A DNA stretch of 64,000 nt from the human T2T-CHM13v2.0 reference genome, Homo sapiens. This document shows positions 1 through 16,506 of this stretch, one piece after another (the stretch's first letter is position 1; every line of letters starts with the position of its first letter). Under the pieces are notes generated by a model. That model ran no database searches and was not told the DNA's origin. It saw only the letters and a program-made list of their open reading frames with translations. Location: assembly GCF_009914755.1 (NCBI RefSeq), contig NC_060935.1; one strand, 5' to 3'. Position numbers and translations under genes: made by a program.

Positions 1-113
1 AGTAAGCGTCCATTCTCCTAGACCGGCACTTAAAGCCTGGCTGTCACCCAGCCATCCCGTCTCTGTGCTGGATGGACACCAAACCCCAAGGCCCTCATCT
101 GCCTTTGTCCCAG

Positions 114-3100
114 CTACTGTCCAGTGCTTCAGAGATGGCTACTTCGTCCTCGTGGTGTCCCAAGAAATGGCCTTGACACACAGGATCACACTGGCCAACA
201 TCCACCTGGCCTATGCCCCCACCAGCTGCTCCCCAACACAGCACACGGAAGCTTTCGTGGTCTTCTACTTCCCTCTCACCCACTGTGGAACCACAATGCA
301 GGTAGGAGCCGGGACCACAGGCTGGGGCCTGGTCCCCCACCAGAAAGCCTCACCCAGCTGTCTCTTCCTACAGGTGGCTGGCGACCAGCTCATCTATGAG
401 AACTGGCTGGTGTCTGGCATCCACATCCAAAAGGGGCCACAGGGTTCCATCACGCGGGACAGCACCTTCCAGTAAGGGCAGCCCTCCTCCTACAGGCGTG
501 GCTGTGTGCTAGGGTGTCAGGGGCACAGGCGAGCTCAGTACAGGCTTCGGAGCCATCTCAGCTCAAACCCAGGCTCTGCTGTTACCCGGCTATGTGATCT
601 TAGGCAAGGGGCCCACCTCTTCCCAGCCTCCCCTGCTGGGCAGGGGAAATGTCCCTCTCTCAGGGCAGACATGAGTGTTAAGTGGAGCCCTTCCATGCCT
701 GGCCTGCAGGGCTTGGCTAGAAGCCCAGGGCCAGTCCTGAGAGAGCTGGAGTCCTGAGAGAGCCCTGTCTTGGTCTCTCCAAGAACCAAGCTCAAAGCAA
801 CTGAAAGTGTCCCCTTCCAGGTCCCAGGAGGAGGCTGAGGCTACGGCTGTTGCCCCTCCTAATGTCAGGTTAAGAAGCCACAGATGAAGCTGAAGATACC
901 TCTCTGAGGATGTGGTGGGAGAGGAACTGGGTGGGGGAGGAACCCCTCATTGTTAGGGGCCTCCTGGACCTGCTGACTCAAGAGGCAAAACCAACCCAGG
1001 TGCCCAGGATGCCAGTGGGGGTGACCCGAGGGAATCTGTCTGTCATGCCTGGCTCTGAACCTGTGTGACCAGGGGCAAAGCACCTAACCTTCACCCTGTG
1101 GGACGGAGCCAATGGGTTGTAGAAATCTTGTGCTTGACACTGCATGGTTGCTGGGCATCTCCTTCCCCTTCCCGCCCTGCCGTGAGGGTTGGGGAGCAGG
1201 GGACTGTGTCACAGTTCAAATGTATTTGGCTTTAAAGCTCTAAGTAGCACAGAGGTGGTAGCTCACGCCTATGATACCAGCGCTTTGGGAGGCCTAGGTG
1301 GGAGAATTGCTGGAAGTTCAAGACTAGCCTGGGCAACACAGCGAGACCCCATTTCTATTTTTTATTTTAATTTAAAAAAACCCATATGTTCTTATGGCCA
1401 AGTGGTGGAGGACAAGTCTGTGTCATGCCTTTAGACTCTCTGATGTAAGAGCTCTGGGAGTCAGCCAGAGGTCAACAGAGTGCCTAGGGATTCTCAGAGG
1501 GAGGCAGAAGTCAGGGGGAAACAGCTGTAGCCAGCAGGACTAGGCCAGAGAGCTCCTCAGACACAAGGCCTTCAGAACAGGGGTGAGCCTCCTATACCTA
1601 CTCAGCATCTCCTTGGTGCCAGGCCTCTGGGGTGCTAGGAGGGTGTTGGCCCCACCAGAGTGTGGAGGAGTGGCCACCATGGCCCTTAGGCTAGTGAGGA
1701 AGATGCTAGACACTGTGGCCTTTAGGCTGTGGCAAACCAGCTGCAACTACAAGGACAATGAAGACACAGGTGCATTATCTTGTGATCTCACTCAGTCTCA
1801 GTGCCCTCAAAGGGAGGCAGTCACAGCCATTTTACAAATGAGGACACTGAGGCTTAGGTTAGAAGACTTGCTTGTGGTCCCAAAGCCTGTAAATGCTAAG
1901 AAGACTCAAACCCAGGTCTGTCGGGAGGCAGAGCACCTAGGCTCATTCACCAGCCTCAACTGTCAGGCTCCAGGGGCCTCGAACGGCACAGCAGGCAGCT
2001 GTGGGTAGCCAGGGCAGACCCAACAAGGTGCCAGCCCCCCGAGGGCCCATCTCTATCCTGCTGTATTCTCCCACCAGGTGCAGGGCCTGGCATAACAGGC
2101 TTGAGCCATCCCAGGGAGACCAGGTGGGCAGAGGAATGGGCAGGGTGAGCTTCCTGAGCCTGCATTGGAAATGCTGAGTATTGCTTAAGTAGCATCCATC
2201 TGCCCTGCTGGACAGTACCCTATTTGTTGCACCCACGGAGTTGGTGCCTAGTTTATTACGTAAACAGGATGCTCTGATTCTGTGTCTTCTCCCCCACCCT
2301 CTTGCACGTGGACTTCAGGCTTCATGTGCGCTGTGTCTTCAACGCCAGTGACTTCCTGCCCATTCAGGCATCCATTTTCCCACCCCCATCGCCTGCTCCT
2401 ATGACCCAGCCCGGCCCCCTGCGGCTTGAGCTGCGGATTGCCAAAGGTATGCTATGCTATCCCTGCTCTCTTCTGGCCCCCACTTCCCTGATGCACAGCC
2501 CGCCCTGGCTCATGAGTCACTCTCCCTGCAGACGAGACCTTCAGCTCGTACTATGGGGAGGATGACTATCCCATCGTGAGGCTGCTCCGAGAACCAGTCC
2601 ATGTGGAGGTCCGGCTTCTGCAGAGGACAGACCCCAACCTGGTCCTGCTGCTGCACCAGTGCTGGGGCGCTCCCAGTGCCAACCCCTTCCAGCAGCCCCA
2701 GTGGCCCATCCTGTCAGACGGGTGAGTGCCCCCACACTCCCCCCACCTGCTCTGCCTCCTGTAAACAGCCTCTCTGACTTCTCTTCTCAGATGCCCTTTC
2801 AAGGGCGACAGCTACAGAACCCAAATGGTAGCCTTGGACGGGGCCACACCTTTCCAGTCGCACTACCAGCGATTCACTGTTGCTACCTTCGCCCTCCTGG
2901 ACTCAGGCTCCCAGAGAGCCCTCAGAGGACTGGTAAGAAGCCCCGGCTGCCGCATGCCTGGTCCCATCTGTTAAGTGGGAGGAGCTGGTCGCCAAATCCC
3001 TCTGGCACCCTGTGAACTTATATGGACAAAGTTCTGGGATGGGGCTTGGCGTCTACCAGGTGTCATGGAAAGCAGCGGGCTTCGGGTCAGCAAGAAGGTA

Positions 3101-4813
3101 ACCCATAACCACCACCAGGAGGAAGGAAAATGCTGCCTGTGCTGCAATCAGCCCTAAATCTGAACTCTGGTCATGGTGTTCTAGGGTGGCCTCACCTCAC
3201 TTCTGATTCCAGAAATGATAATGTGTTCCATGTAATTCTTTGAATTTTCTTTAACTCAGCAACTTCTCCAGAAGGTAAAGGTAGATAAACTCAGGGTATA
3301 TTTAGGTCTCCTATGTAATATACAGATGGCCTCAGAGGTGACAGATGCACTTGTCCCATTGAACAACGTATCTTTCACATCACATACCCAAATCTCTAGA
3401 TTCTTAAATCACTGCCTGTTATTATGTCAGATGTAGACTGATTTCACTTGGAAGCACTGGTTAGTGTGGCTTCGTTCTCATCTCTGCTGTGTGCTGCCCA
3501 TGAGTGGGGCCTCCTGGGTGCTGGGTTGGGTCAGCTCCTCCTGCTTCTGGTCCCGTAGGGCACTGCCCCTGCCCTTCTGTATCTGGAAGCGGTGGTAATC
3601 TGCCCTCCCCTCTGCCCCCAGTCACTGGTCTCCAGGGGTCACAAAGGGAGGGCAAACATCTATTATCCTGCTGCCTGGCCAAGTCCCACCTCCTTGGAAT
3701 TTGCTGTCTCCCTCAGTAGGGCAGGTGGAAGGGAGAGAGCCAGCCCTCCCAGGGGCTGTGCAGCCAGAGGCAGCATTGGTGAAGCAGGCCCGCCAAGGAC
3801 TGGGGCATTACGAAGTGCGGTGGTCCCCGCCTGCAGGGCACTCCACTGCAGACTTGGACCTTGGGGAGCAAGGAAGGTGTGGATTTCAAATCTGGAAGGA
3901 ACACATTCAGCTCTGCACTCCCTCAGCATGGGCAGCAGTCATCATCTTGGTCAAGCAGCTCAGATTTCTCCCTGCCTGGCTAGCAGCAGCCTAGACTTGG
4001 CCCAGCTCAGGGATTCCATGTCCTTCCCTTTGTGCTTCCTGCCCGGTGGCACTGAGCCAGCCACTTTGATGTTCTTCTCCTTCCACCAGGTTTACTTGTT
4101 CTGCAGCACCTCTGCCTGCCACACCTCAGGGCTGGAGACTTGCTCCACTGCATGTAGCACTGGCACTACAAGTGAGTCTGGGTTGCGAGTGGTATTTGTT
4201 CCTTTATACATCTTCAGGCCTGTGCCTGGCCTCTGGGCCACAGGGGCAGGAGACCAGCCCAAGATTTCATTCTTCCCCTGGGCAGGACAGCGACGATCCT
4301 CAGGTCACCGTAATGACACTGCCAGGCCCCAGGACATCGTGAGCTCTCCGGGGCCAGTGGGCTTTGAGGATTCTTATGGGCAGGAGCCCACACTTGGGCC
4401 CACAGGTAGGAGGGCTTCTGGGTGGGCCCCTCAGGCCTTACCCACTCTCAGCCCCCAAGATTGTGCTGACAAAACAGGGATGCTCCAGCCATAGCTGAGG
4501 GCAAGAGATGGTGTCACTGCAGTCAGTGGGGAACTAAGTGAAGACAGACACAGTCCACCTCATCTGCAGAAAGGCAGCTTCAGCTCTGCCCAGTGTGATA
4601 CAAAGTTCTGGGGTGGAGGGGAGGGTTGGAGGGGCCTCACCCAGCCCTGCCAATCCCGTCTCTCTGACAGACTCCAATGGGAACTCCAGCCTGAGACCTC
4701 TCCTTTGGGCGGTCCTTTTGCTGCCAGCTGTTGCCCTGGTCCTTGGGTTTGGTGTCTTTGTGGGCCTGAGCCAGACCTGGGCCCAGAAGCTCTGGGAAAG
4801 CAACAGACAGTGA
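114..4813 (+). CDS. ZP1: Zona pellucida sperm-binding protein 1, 3' part (last 8 exons, probably exons 5-12; 5' exons lie upstream of the window)
   Basis: Exons 114-301, 374-471, 2319-2446, 2532-2721, 2791-2932, 4090-4171, 4286-4405, 4671-4813 (TGA 4811-4813), all AG/GT flanked with matching phases. Spliced translation [17 protein letters not shown]...[16 protein letters not shown]...[26 protein letters not shown]...[10 protein letters not shown]...[10 protein letters not shown]...RQRR (furin site)...[23 protein letters not shown] (TM)...WESNRQ*. ZP domain cysteine pattern; recognised as human ZP1. Confidence 0.97.
540..690. mobile_element. MIR SINE fragment (approximate limits)
   Basis: ctcaaacccaggctctgctgttacccggctatgtgatcttaggcaag resembles the MIR core. 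Confidence 0.5.
1250..1380 (+). mobile_element. Alu left monomer (FLAM-like)
   Basis: gtggtagctcacgcctatgataccagcgctttgggagg...agactagcctgggcaacacagcgagacccc followed by an A/T-rich tail; single monomer only. Confidence 0.8.
1775..1925. mobile_element. MIR SINE fragment
   Basis: ccattttacaaatgaggacactgaggcttagg MIR core motif. Confidence 0.6.
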
Positions 4814-4821
4814 ATGGGCCC

Positions 4822-4827
4822 AATAAA
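4822..4827 (+). terminator. ZP1: ZP1 polyadenylation signal AATAAA
   Basis: AATAAA 8 nt after the stop codon. Confidence 0.8.
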
Positions 4828-5799
4828 CAATCATTTCAAACCTACTGAAACCAGGTGTGGAGAAGTTATTTGTGACGACTAGAACAGAACTATTTCTTAT
4901 GTGAGAAACTTCCTCCAAGTCAGCTCTGTCCTTCCAAAACTGTGACGTTGATTACAAATACTTCATATATGCCACACCCTGCACAGAGGCCAATGTCCCC
5001 CAAGGCTCAACTCGGGAGCCTCTGCCTCTCCACAAGGAACGGTGGCATTTCAGGCAGAGCAAACAGGACAAAGATACTGGAGGTTAAGACATTGACAGTC
5101 AAAGAACACCAACAGCTGGGAACTGGGCCCCTGGCAGGAATGAATGGCTTGTGAAGGCTTGTCACCTCCTCACAGACACAGAAGTTCTGACAAGGGCATC
5201 CTCAAAGCACCCTGAGCAGCTGCTGTCATGGATAAGGGTTACTCTAAGACTGAGTTGAAGGAGCACTTCACAGACCCCCTGAGCCTGCCAGCCTACCGCT
5301 AAAGGCTGCATTTCTGACCACAGCCTCCCATCCCTTCCCCTGGCCTCCCAAGACTATCCATGTGGGAAGGGCTGGCACAGGAGGAATGGCAGCCTGCTGG
5401 CCCTGACACTGGCTGCGATGGTGGGCATGGCCACCAGACAGGTCTGTGCCAGTGCTGGCTATGCCGCTGAGCCCAGTTTGCCCATGTATGGCATGGGCCT
5501 TCATCTCTGACTTGGCAGCAAAGCCCTTTCTAGACATGTCAATCCTCTAGGTGGAGAAGGGGACAGGATGCTAGGGTTTGGCCTCAATGGGACAGGGAGA
5601 AGAATCTGGTAGGGAAGCCTGAACTTGGTTTCAGACACCTTTCCGGACTTCAGGTAGAGCACGAGCTTAGAGAGCTGTTACAAGAGGAGCTGAGGTACTC
5701 AAGTCATGCCTGTGGCCTTAATACTGCATGTACCCCCTACTCATCCAGCTCTGGCCTACTCAGCCTTTCCTGTCTTCAGAATACTGGACAAGCATGTGG

Positions 5800-5960
5800 A
5801 CCCCAGAGCTGGCTTCTTACTAGCTGTGTGATATTCAGTAAGTTACTCAACTTCCCTGGGCCTCAGATTTCTCATCTGTAAAATGAGGTTAATGTCTATT
5901 CCCATAGAAGTATTGGGTAAAATGAGTTAACAGATAAGAATGCTTAGAATAGTACATAAC
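5800..5960. mobile_element. MIR SINE fragment
   Basis: ttactagctgtgtga...cctcagatttctcatctgtaaaatgagg...aaatgagttaa MIR core. Confidence 0.65.
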
Positions 5961-6749
5961 GGCCAACAGTAACTGGGTGCTATTAACTACTGACTAGAAT
6001 TGCATTTCCTCTTGCCCCAAGCCTAATGCTTACTTAGTTTTTGTTGTCAATGTTTTGGTTTGGTTTTGTATGTACAAGTTTACAGGCCAATACGAAGAGG
6101 GGCTAGGGGAAACTGCTGTCTTTTGACTCTTCTAGCTAGAGGGAGAACATAAAAGGCAGGAAGGCCCAAACATTTGCCATGGAAGCTAAGTGACTTCCCT
6201 TCTCTGGGCCTGTCTTCCCATCTATGGCTAGCAACGGCCAGTCTTGCCCTGCCCAACTTCCTGGCTTGTACAGGGAGACACAGGATATATCCTGCAGGGT
6301 CAGTGTGATATAGGTGAGGATTCTTAGCTTGGCTGGTTGGAGAAGCCAGGTTGACTTGGTCTTAGGGGCCTGGGTTCTGGTTCCTTCCAGCATTAACTCC
6401 TCCTCCTTCCCCTCCCTCCATCATACAAGCTCATGTAAGGATTTCAAACTTCCAGAGGTACCAATTGGAATAATGCTGTGTAACTGAATTTGCTTTAACA
6501 CAAGGGTGGATGTCTTGTGTCATTTCCTATCATTTCAAATAGAGGTAGTCTCTAAACTGCGGTTGAACTATGATATTTGATCTGTTGATAGAGACCAAGT
6601 GGGTTAAGGATGACGAGTGTTGAACACAATTACTTAAGCATATAGTTCTTTGTATACTATTTTCTTGAAAGACAGTCTTAGAACTGCTGGGTCAAGACCA
6701 CACCTCTTATGACTGTGGGACTCGGGACTGTCTGAGTGTCTCCCCACCC

Positions 6750-7300
6750 AATCCCACTGTGCAGGCTTGCCACCACAGGCCAGTAACACTCTAAATCTTT
6801 GCCTATCTGAGCATCATAAGGCAAATGGCATTGGCCGTTTTGAAGGGGCTCTTTTTGATTAGAAGTCAAGCATCTTTCTAGCCGTTGGTATCGCATAAGT
6901 TACCCTTCATGTCTTTTATCTACTCTCCACTATTTCTCTCCTCATCTGTAAAGAGCTTTCACAAATCAAGGGGCCAGTATCCTCATTTTATAAATTTTCC
7001 ATCTAATTGGCCATTGGCTTTTCTCTGCCGGGTTCTTTTATCTTAGAAAGGATTATGTAACAATGAATTTTTCCCTCTCATATTTGTATTTTTGAGTATG
7101 GCAAAGACTTTCCCCTATCCTATATAATCATCCAAGTATCCATTTGCTTTATTGTGATATTCCAGTAACAATGCAATTGTGTATCTCCTACTTCCAAGTG
7201 TATATAGGTACATGATTTTGGCAACTGATAAATTGTGCATAGATTTTGTCAACAATTCCATGTCAAAGGAGTCTGTTTACTGAAACAAATATACAAACTA
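6750..7300 (-). mobile_element. Highly decayed ancient L1 (L1M-type) 3' region
   Basis: Reverse complement (aaagatgcttgacttctaatcaaaaag...tcagataggcaaagattt) resembles the end of L1 ORF2; limits approximate. Confidence 0.45.
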
Positions 7301-7819
7301 TATGAACAATGAAGTTCACTGCAGTGCTAGCTTTCTCTCGGGGGAAGCAATCTAAACTTTGGCTTTCCTAGATAACAAAATTTAGTCTAAATTTTGCCCA
7401 ATTTAAAGCTTTCTTCCTCCCTTCTTACTGCCTCCTGATGTGAGCAGGCCCCTGCTGGACCTTGAGAACAATTCATCAGACCCGATGGGGACAATAACCA
7501 CTGTCTCTGACCTGTGGCAGGAAGCAGAGCTGCTCAGGGCCCGTCAGGTTTTGTCTCTTCCTGCCCTTTTGGGGAGGTGGGGATGGGGATGGGGGCAGAG
7601 GCTGTGGCTATATCTATATAAGACCTAAGGGAATCCCCTGTCTTTCCATTCCCCAGGCCCCCACCAGCTTCCATATACTTACATTATACATTGAGAGCAA
7701 ATTAACTTCATGGTGCTTTGTTTTTAATAAAGGGGACAGAATACTTCACCGCCTGTTAGTTCAGCTGAATTCAACTCCCTGTCTGGACACTTATGTGAGA
7801 ACATTTCATGGAAAAGTGC

Positions 7820-9890
7820 CACTTCTGTTCCAGCAGTAGGAACACTAGATACTTGGATCAACCTGAAGTAAACAACTAAAATACCAGATTATAAATATTT
7901 TAAAATATTCTTAGACTAGTGTTGAATTAACATGGGGAATGAGGCGTGCAGATAGGCCAAAAATAAAAAGCAAAAACTCTGGGAAGTAAAATCAGCTTCT
8001 ATTCTGGGAAGTTCTACAGGACTCTGGAGACCTTGGCCTTCTGCTTTGATGAGTCCAGGGAACTGTAGATCAAGCCCGGAGCCTACAAAGGCAACAAGTC
8101 CAGATGCAGGGCCTCCTCTAAAGCTGGAACTTCAGAGGTCCCAGTCCTCAGTGCAAGAGTGAAGGAGAAACAAGCCTCTGGCAAAAGTGGGCAGCAAGGA
8201 ATCCTGCCTATTTTTATCATGGGGCAGGATGTATTGAAAAAAAAAAAATCACCTTGAGAATGAAAAGTGTAATTCCTTCTTCTCTGGTGTGTGCAGTCAA
8301 ATCCTCAGACTGAAGGAGAGAAGAGAAAGAACCCCTCAGGTTCAATCTAGGAACAAACCTCAAGGGCTAAATTTAATTTAAAGTGATCCCCAGGCTTCAG
8401 GAAGAAGCAAATGCAGGTCCTGTCTGAAAGGTGATTTCAGCCAAAGCCTCAGAGAATTATGACAGATCAAGTTGCAAACAAGATGAACACCTCACAATAA
8501 GTCACAAGATAACAACACACAGTGAAAAGTCAGGGCACAAAGTGAGAAGATAGTTGCAATACATTCTTGACAAAGGATTACTATCCAAAAATATGTTTAA
8601 AACTGCTACAAATCAAGAAAAAGGTAACACAAATAGAAAAATAGGCAAACGACACTAACAGGCATTTCACAAGAGGAAAAACTCACATGGTCTGTAAGTG
8701 GCTGAAAAGATGCTCAACTTCAACAGTAATCATGAATGTGAAAAATTAAACTTGAAGATAATATTATACACCCACCAGAGTGGCAAAAATTAAAAAGCCA
8801 GAAAATAAGCATTGGTGAGGGTATGAGGACAGGAACATTCTACCAATGTTAATTAGAATATAAACTGGTATACCTATGTTGAAAAATTGTCATTCCCTAA
8901 TATATAAGTCCTCTCCTAACTATCCCAGAAAAACCCTTGCACCAGAATGTTCACAGAAACACTGTAATAGCAAAATAAAAATAAAAAACTAGAAACAACC
9001 CATATGTCCATCATGAACACTAGAACATATAAATACACTCCGGTATATTCCTACAATCAAATTCTACGATGAATGAGAGGTAAGAGTTAACCTGTTTGTC
9101 CCTGGCAGGCTGGCCTCCCAGGAAAGGAGTTGGCCCCTTACAAGGTTCCATGGAATCTGGCCATTGCTAAGTGCCTAAGACACTGATCAATTACAAGGTT
9201 TGGACCCCAGCCCTTTAATCACATCAGAGGAAGGGCTGATGCTTCTCCAGCCACGAACACACTGCAGTAAATCCTGCTGCTGGCTGACCACATCAAATAA
9301 CTGCAACAGCAAAACTCAGACCCTAGAGCCTTGATCACAGCAGGAGGAGGAGCTGTGCTTCCTAATCATGCAGCTTAAAAGCCCCATAGCCCAATGGCCA
9401 GGATCCCTCTCCCAGCGTGCACTGTCCTAGAATGAATGGGCCACACAGGACCGGCACATCTGCTGCTGCTCCTACCTTCAATAAATGCTGTCACAGTACC
9501 TGGTGTGAGTTCTGTTTGGCCATTTTCCTTTGTTTTCCCAGTAGTGAATGAACTAGGGCCATGTGTGTAAATACAGGTAAATCTCAAGGACGATGCTGAG
9601 AAGGTGAAATCAAAGAAACTAGATTGAATGACTTCATTTATATAAAGCTCAAAAATCAGTCCCCAAAACCCCAATGTAGTAGTAAAATTGTATAGAAAAA
9701 CAAACGAATGATCAGCACCAATTTCAGGGTAGTGGTTTTCTCTGCAGGGGCAGGGAGCGATGCATTCATTGAGGAACACACTGATGGCCCCTAATGCTTT
9801 CTTCAGCTGGCTGGTGGACACAAAGATGTTTACTATTCTTTAAACTGTACAGGTACATTTTTAGACACTTTGGGTGAATATTTCAGAAAA
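7820..9890 (+). mobile_element. Ancient L1ME-like fragments, probably interrupted by an LTR at ~9074-9562
   Basis: 8560-9070 (gacaaaggattactatcc...aaaagatgctcaacttca...cacccaccagagtggcaaaaatt...aaactagaaacaacccatatgtccatca) is typical of an old L1 3' end and resumes at ~9565-9890. The intervening segment begins tgagagg and has AATAAA near 9479. Confidence 0.55.
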
Positions 9891-10938
9891 CTTTTAACCT
9901 CCTGGCCTGCCTTACTACAATCTGCTGGGCCTGTCTCCAACCACAGTGCTGCTCCTCCCTCCCCAGCTGCCTGTTCCCTCAAACCTGCTTTCTCACTCCT
10001 TCCCCAGGCAGTGGGGCTGCCAGTACCTTTGCTCACACCAGACACCCCTACTCTGTTCCTCTGTCCTATGTCCACCTAAGGAACTTCCACTTCAAAACGC
10101 GGCTGTGCCACCTCCCCTAGGTCCACCTGACATCCTAAACAGTTGCACATCCTGTCCTCTGTGCTGGCAGCTCTATCAGAACTCTAGCATCATGTCTGTA
10201 TTGCTCTGTTGACTCTTGTCTCCGTGCCTGGATTATGTTCCAGCCGCTTTGTGTCAACAGAGCCTTAGGTTTACTAATGCAGCAGAGAAGGCAGTCAGAC
10301 CATGCCTTTATTCGATAGGTGTCAAGTGTCAGGGACCACCATGACCTTGGCGACATGTGTCAATACAGTTAAATCTCAAGGACAATGCCAGTGCAGGCAG
10401 AGCACGGAAGATGCACGGTAGTCAACATTTACTGAGTGCCTCATCTCTACATGAAACAGTTCACTTAATTCTCAAGAGCCCTGGAACAAAAGGCAACAGA
10501 AACTTCTGCAGACTTAAACGTCCCTGTCTGACAGCTTTGAAGAGAGTAGTGGGTCTCCCAGCACGGAGTTTGAGATCTGAGAACGGACAGACTGCCTCCT
10601 CAAGTGGGTCCCTGACCCCCGAGTAGCCTAACTGGGAGACACCTCCCAATAGGGGCCAACTGACACCTCATACGACCGGGTGCCCCTCTGAGACGAAGCT
10701 TCCAGAGGAAGGATCAGGCAGCAACATTTGCCATTCTGCAATATTTGCTGTTCTGCAGCCTCTGCTGTGATACCCAGGCAAACAGGGTCTGGAGTGGACC
10801 TCCAGCAAACTCCAACAGACCTGCAGCTGAGGGTCCTGACTGTTAGAAGGAAAACTAACAAACAGAAAGGACATCCACACCAAAACTCCATCTGTACGTC
10901 CCCATCATCAAAGACCAAAGGTAGATAAAACCACAAAG

Positions 10939-11963
10939 ATGGGGATAAACCAGAGCAGAAAAGCTGAAAATTATAAAAATCAGAGCTCCTCTTCCCCTCC
11001 CAAGGAACGCAGCTCCTCGCCAGCAACGGAACAAAGCTGGATAGAGAATGACTTTGACGAGTTGAGAGAAGGCGGCTTCAGACGATCGGTAATAACAAAC
11101 TTCTCCGAGCTAAAGGAGGATGTTCGAGCCCATCGCAAAGAAGCTAAAACCTTGAGAAAAGATTAGACGAATGGCTAACTAGAATAAACAGTGTAGAGAA
11201 GTCCTTAAATGACCTGATGGAGCTAAAAACCATGGCACAAGAACTACATGACGCATGCACAAGCTTCAGTAGCTGATTTGATCAAGTGAAAGAAAGGGTA
11301 TCAGTGATGGAAGATCAAATGAATGAAATGAAGCAAGAAGAGAAGTTTAGAGAAAAAAGAGTAAAAAGAAACAAACAAAGCCTCCAAGAAATATAGGACT
11401 ATATGAAAAGACCAAATCTACGTCTGATTGGTGTACCTGAAAATGACGGGGAGAATGGAACCAAGTTGGAAAACACTCTTCAGGATATTATCCAGGAGAA
11501 CTTCCCCAGCCTAGCAAGGCAGGCCAACATTCAAATTCAGGAAATACAGAGAACACCACAAAGATACTCCTCAAGAAGAGCAACTCCAAGACACATAATT
11601 GTCAGATTCACCAAAGTTGAAATGAAGGAGAAAATATTAAGGGCAGCCAGAGAGAAAGGTCGGGTTACCCACAAAGGGAAGCCCATCAGACTAAGAGCAG
11701 GTCTCTCGGCAGAAACTCTACAAGCCAGAAGAGAGTGGGGGCCAATATTCAACATTCTTAAAGAAAAGAATTTACAACCCAGAATTTCATATCCAGCCAA
11801 ACTAAGCTTCATAAGTGAAGGAGAAATAAAATCCTTTACAGACAAACAAATGCTGAGAGATTTTGTCACCACCAGGCCTGCCTTACAAGAGCTCCTGAAG
11901 GAAGCAATAAACATGGAAAGGAACAACCGGTACAAGCCACTGCAAAAACATGTCAAATTGTAA
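10939..11963 (+). pseudogene. Disrupted L1 ORF1p
   Basis: ORF pieces 10939-11166 and 11403-11963 (KRPNLRLIGVPE...RATPRHIIVRF...YPAKLSF) with a frameshift and stops between them. Confidence 0.93.
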
Positions 11964-12026
11964 AGACCATTGATGCTAGGAAGAAACCGCATCAACTAAC
12001 GAGCAAAATAACCAGCTAAGATCATA

Positions 12027-16158
<4,132 letters not shown>

Positions 16159-16506
16159 ACAATGAGAACACTTAGACACAGGGTGGGGAACATCACACAC
16201 CAGGGCCTGTCCTGGGGTGGGCGGAGGTGGGAGGCATAGCATGAGGAGATATACCTAATGTAAATGACGAGTTAACGAGTTAACACACCAACATGGCACA
16301 TGCATACATATGTAACAAACCTGCACGTTGTGCACATGTACCCTAGAAGTTAAAGTATAATAATTTAAAAAAACACTAAGAAATTTAACACACAAAAAAA
16401 TGCCACACAGAAGACCTGTCAGACCAATCAATGTTTAGATTCTATTAGAAATGCTATTTAAAAAAATAAATAAATAAAACTAAAAATAAAAATTCTCAAG
16501 AGCCCT

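Noticed and set aside
1-10. a/gtaag as the donor of the preceding ZP1 exon
   Set aside because: The next exon needs a preceding G (G|CT, Ala) and the upstream context is outside the window, so it cannot be supported.
2375-2382. TTTTCCCA, site of a reported 8-bp ZP1 frameshift deletion in infertility
   Set aside because: The sequence here is intact (reference-like), so nothing is unusual.
3592-4494. 300-aa ORF as a separate gene
   Set aside because: Non-ATG start; it is two ZP1 exons plus open intronic sequence in the same frame.
6420-7300. Possible pseudogene on the minus strand (72-aa ORF 6678-6896)
   Set aside because: Better explained as decayed ancient L1 sequence.
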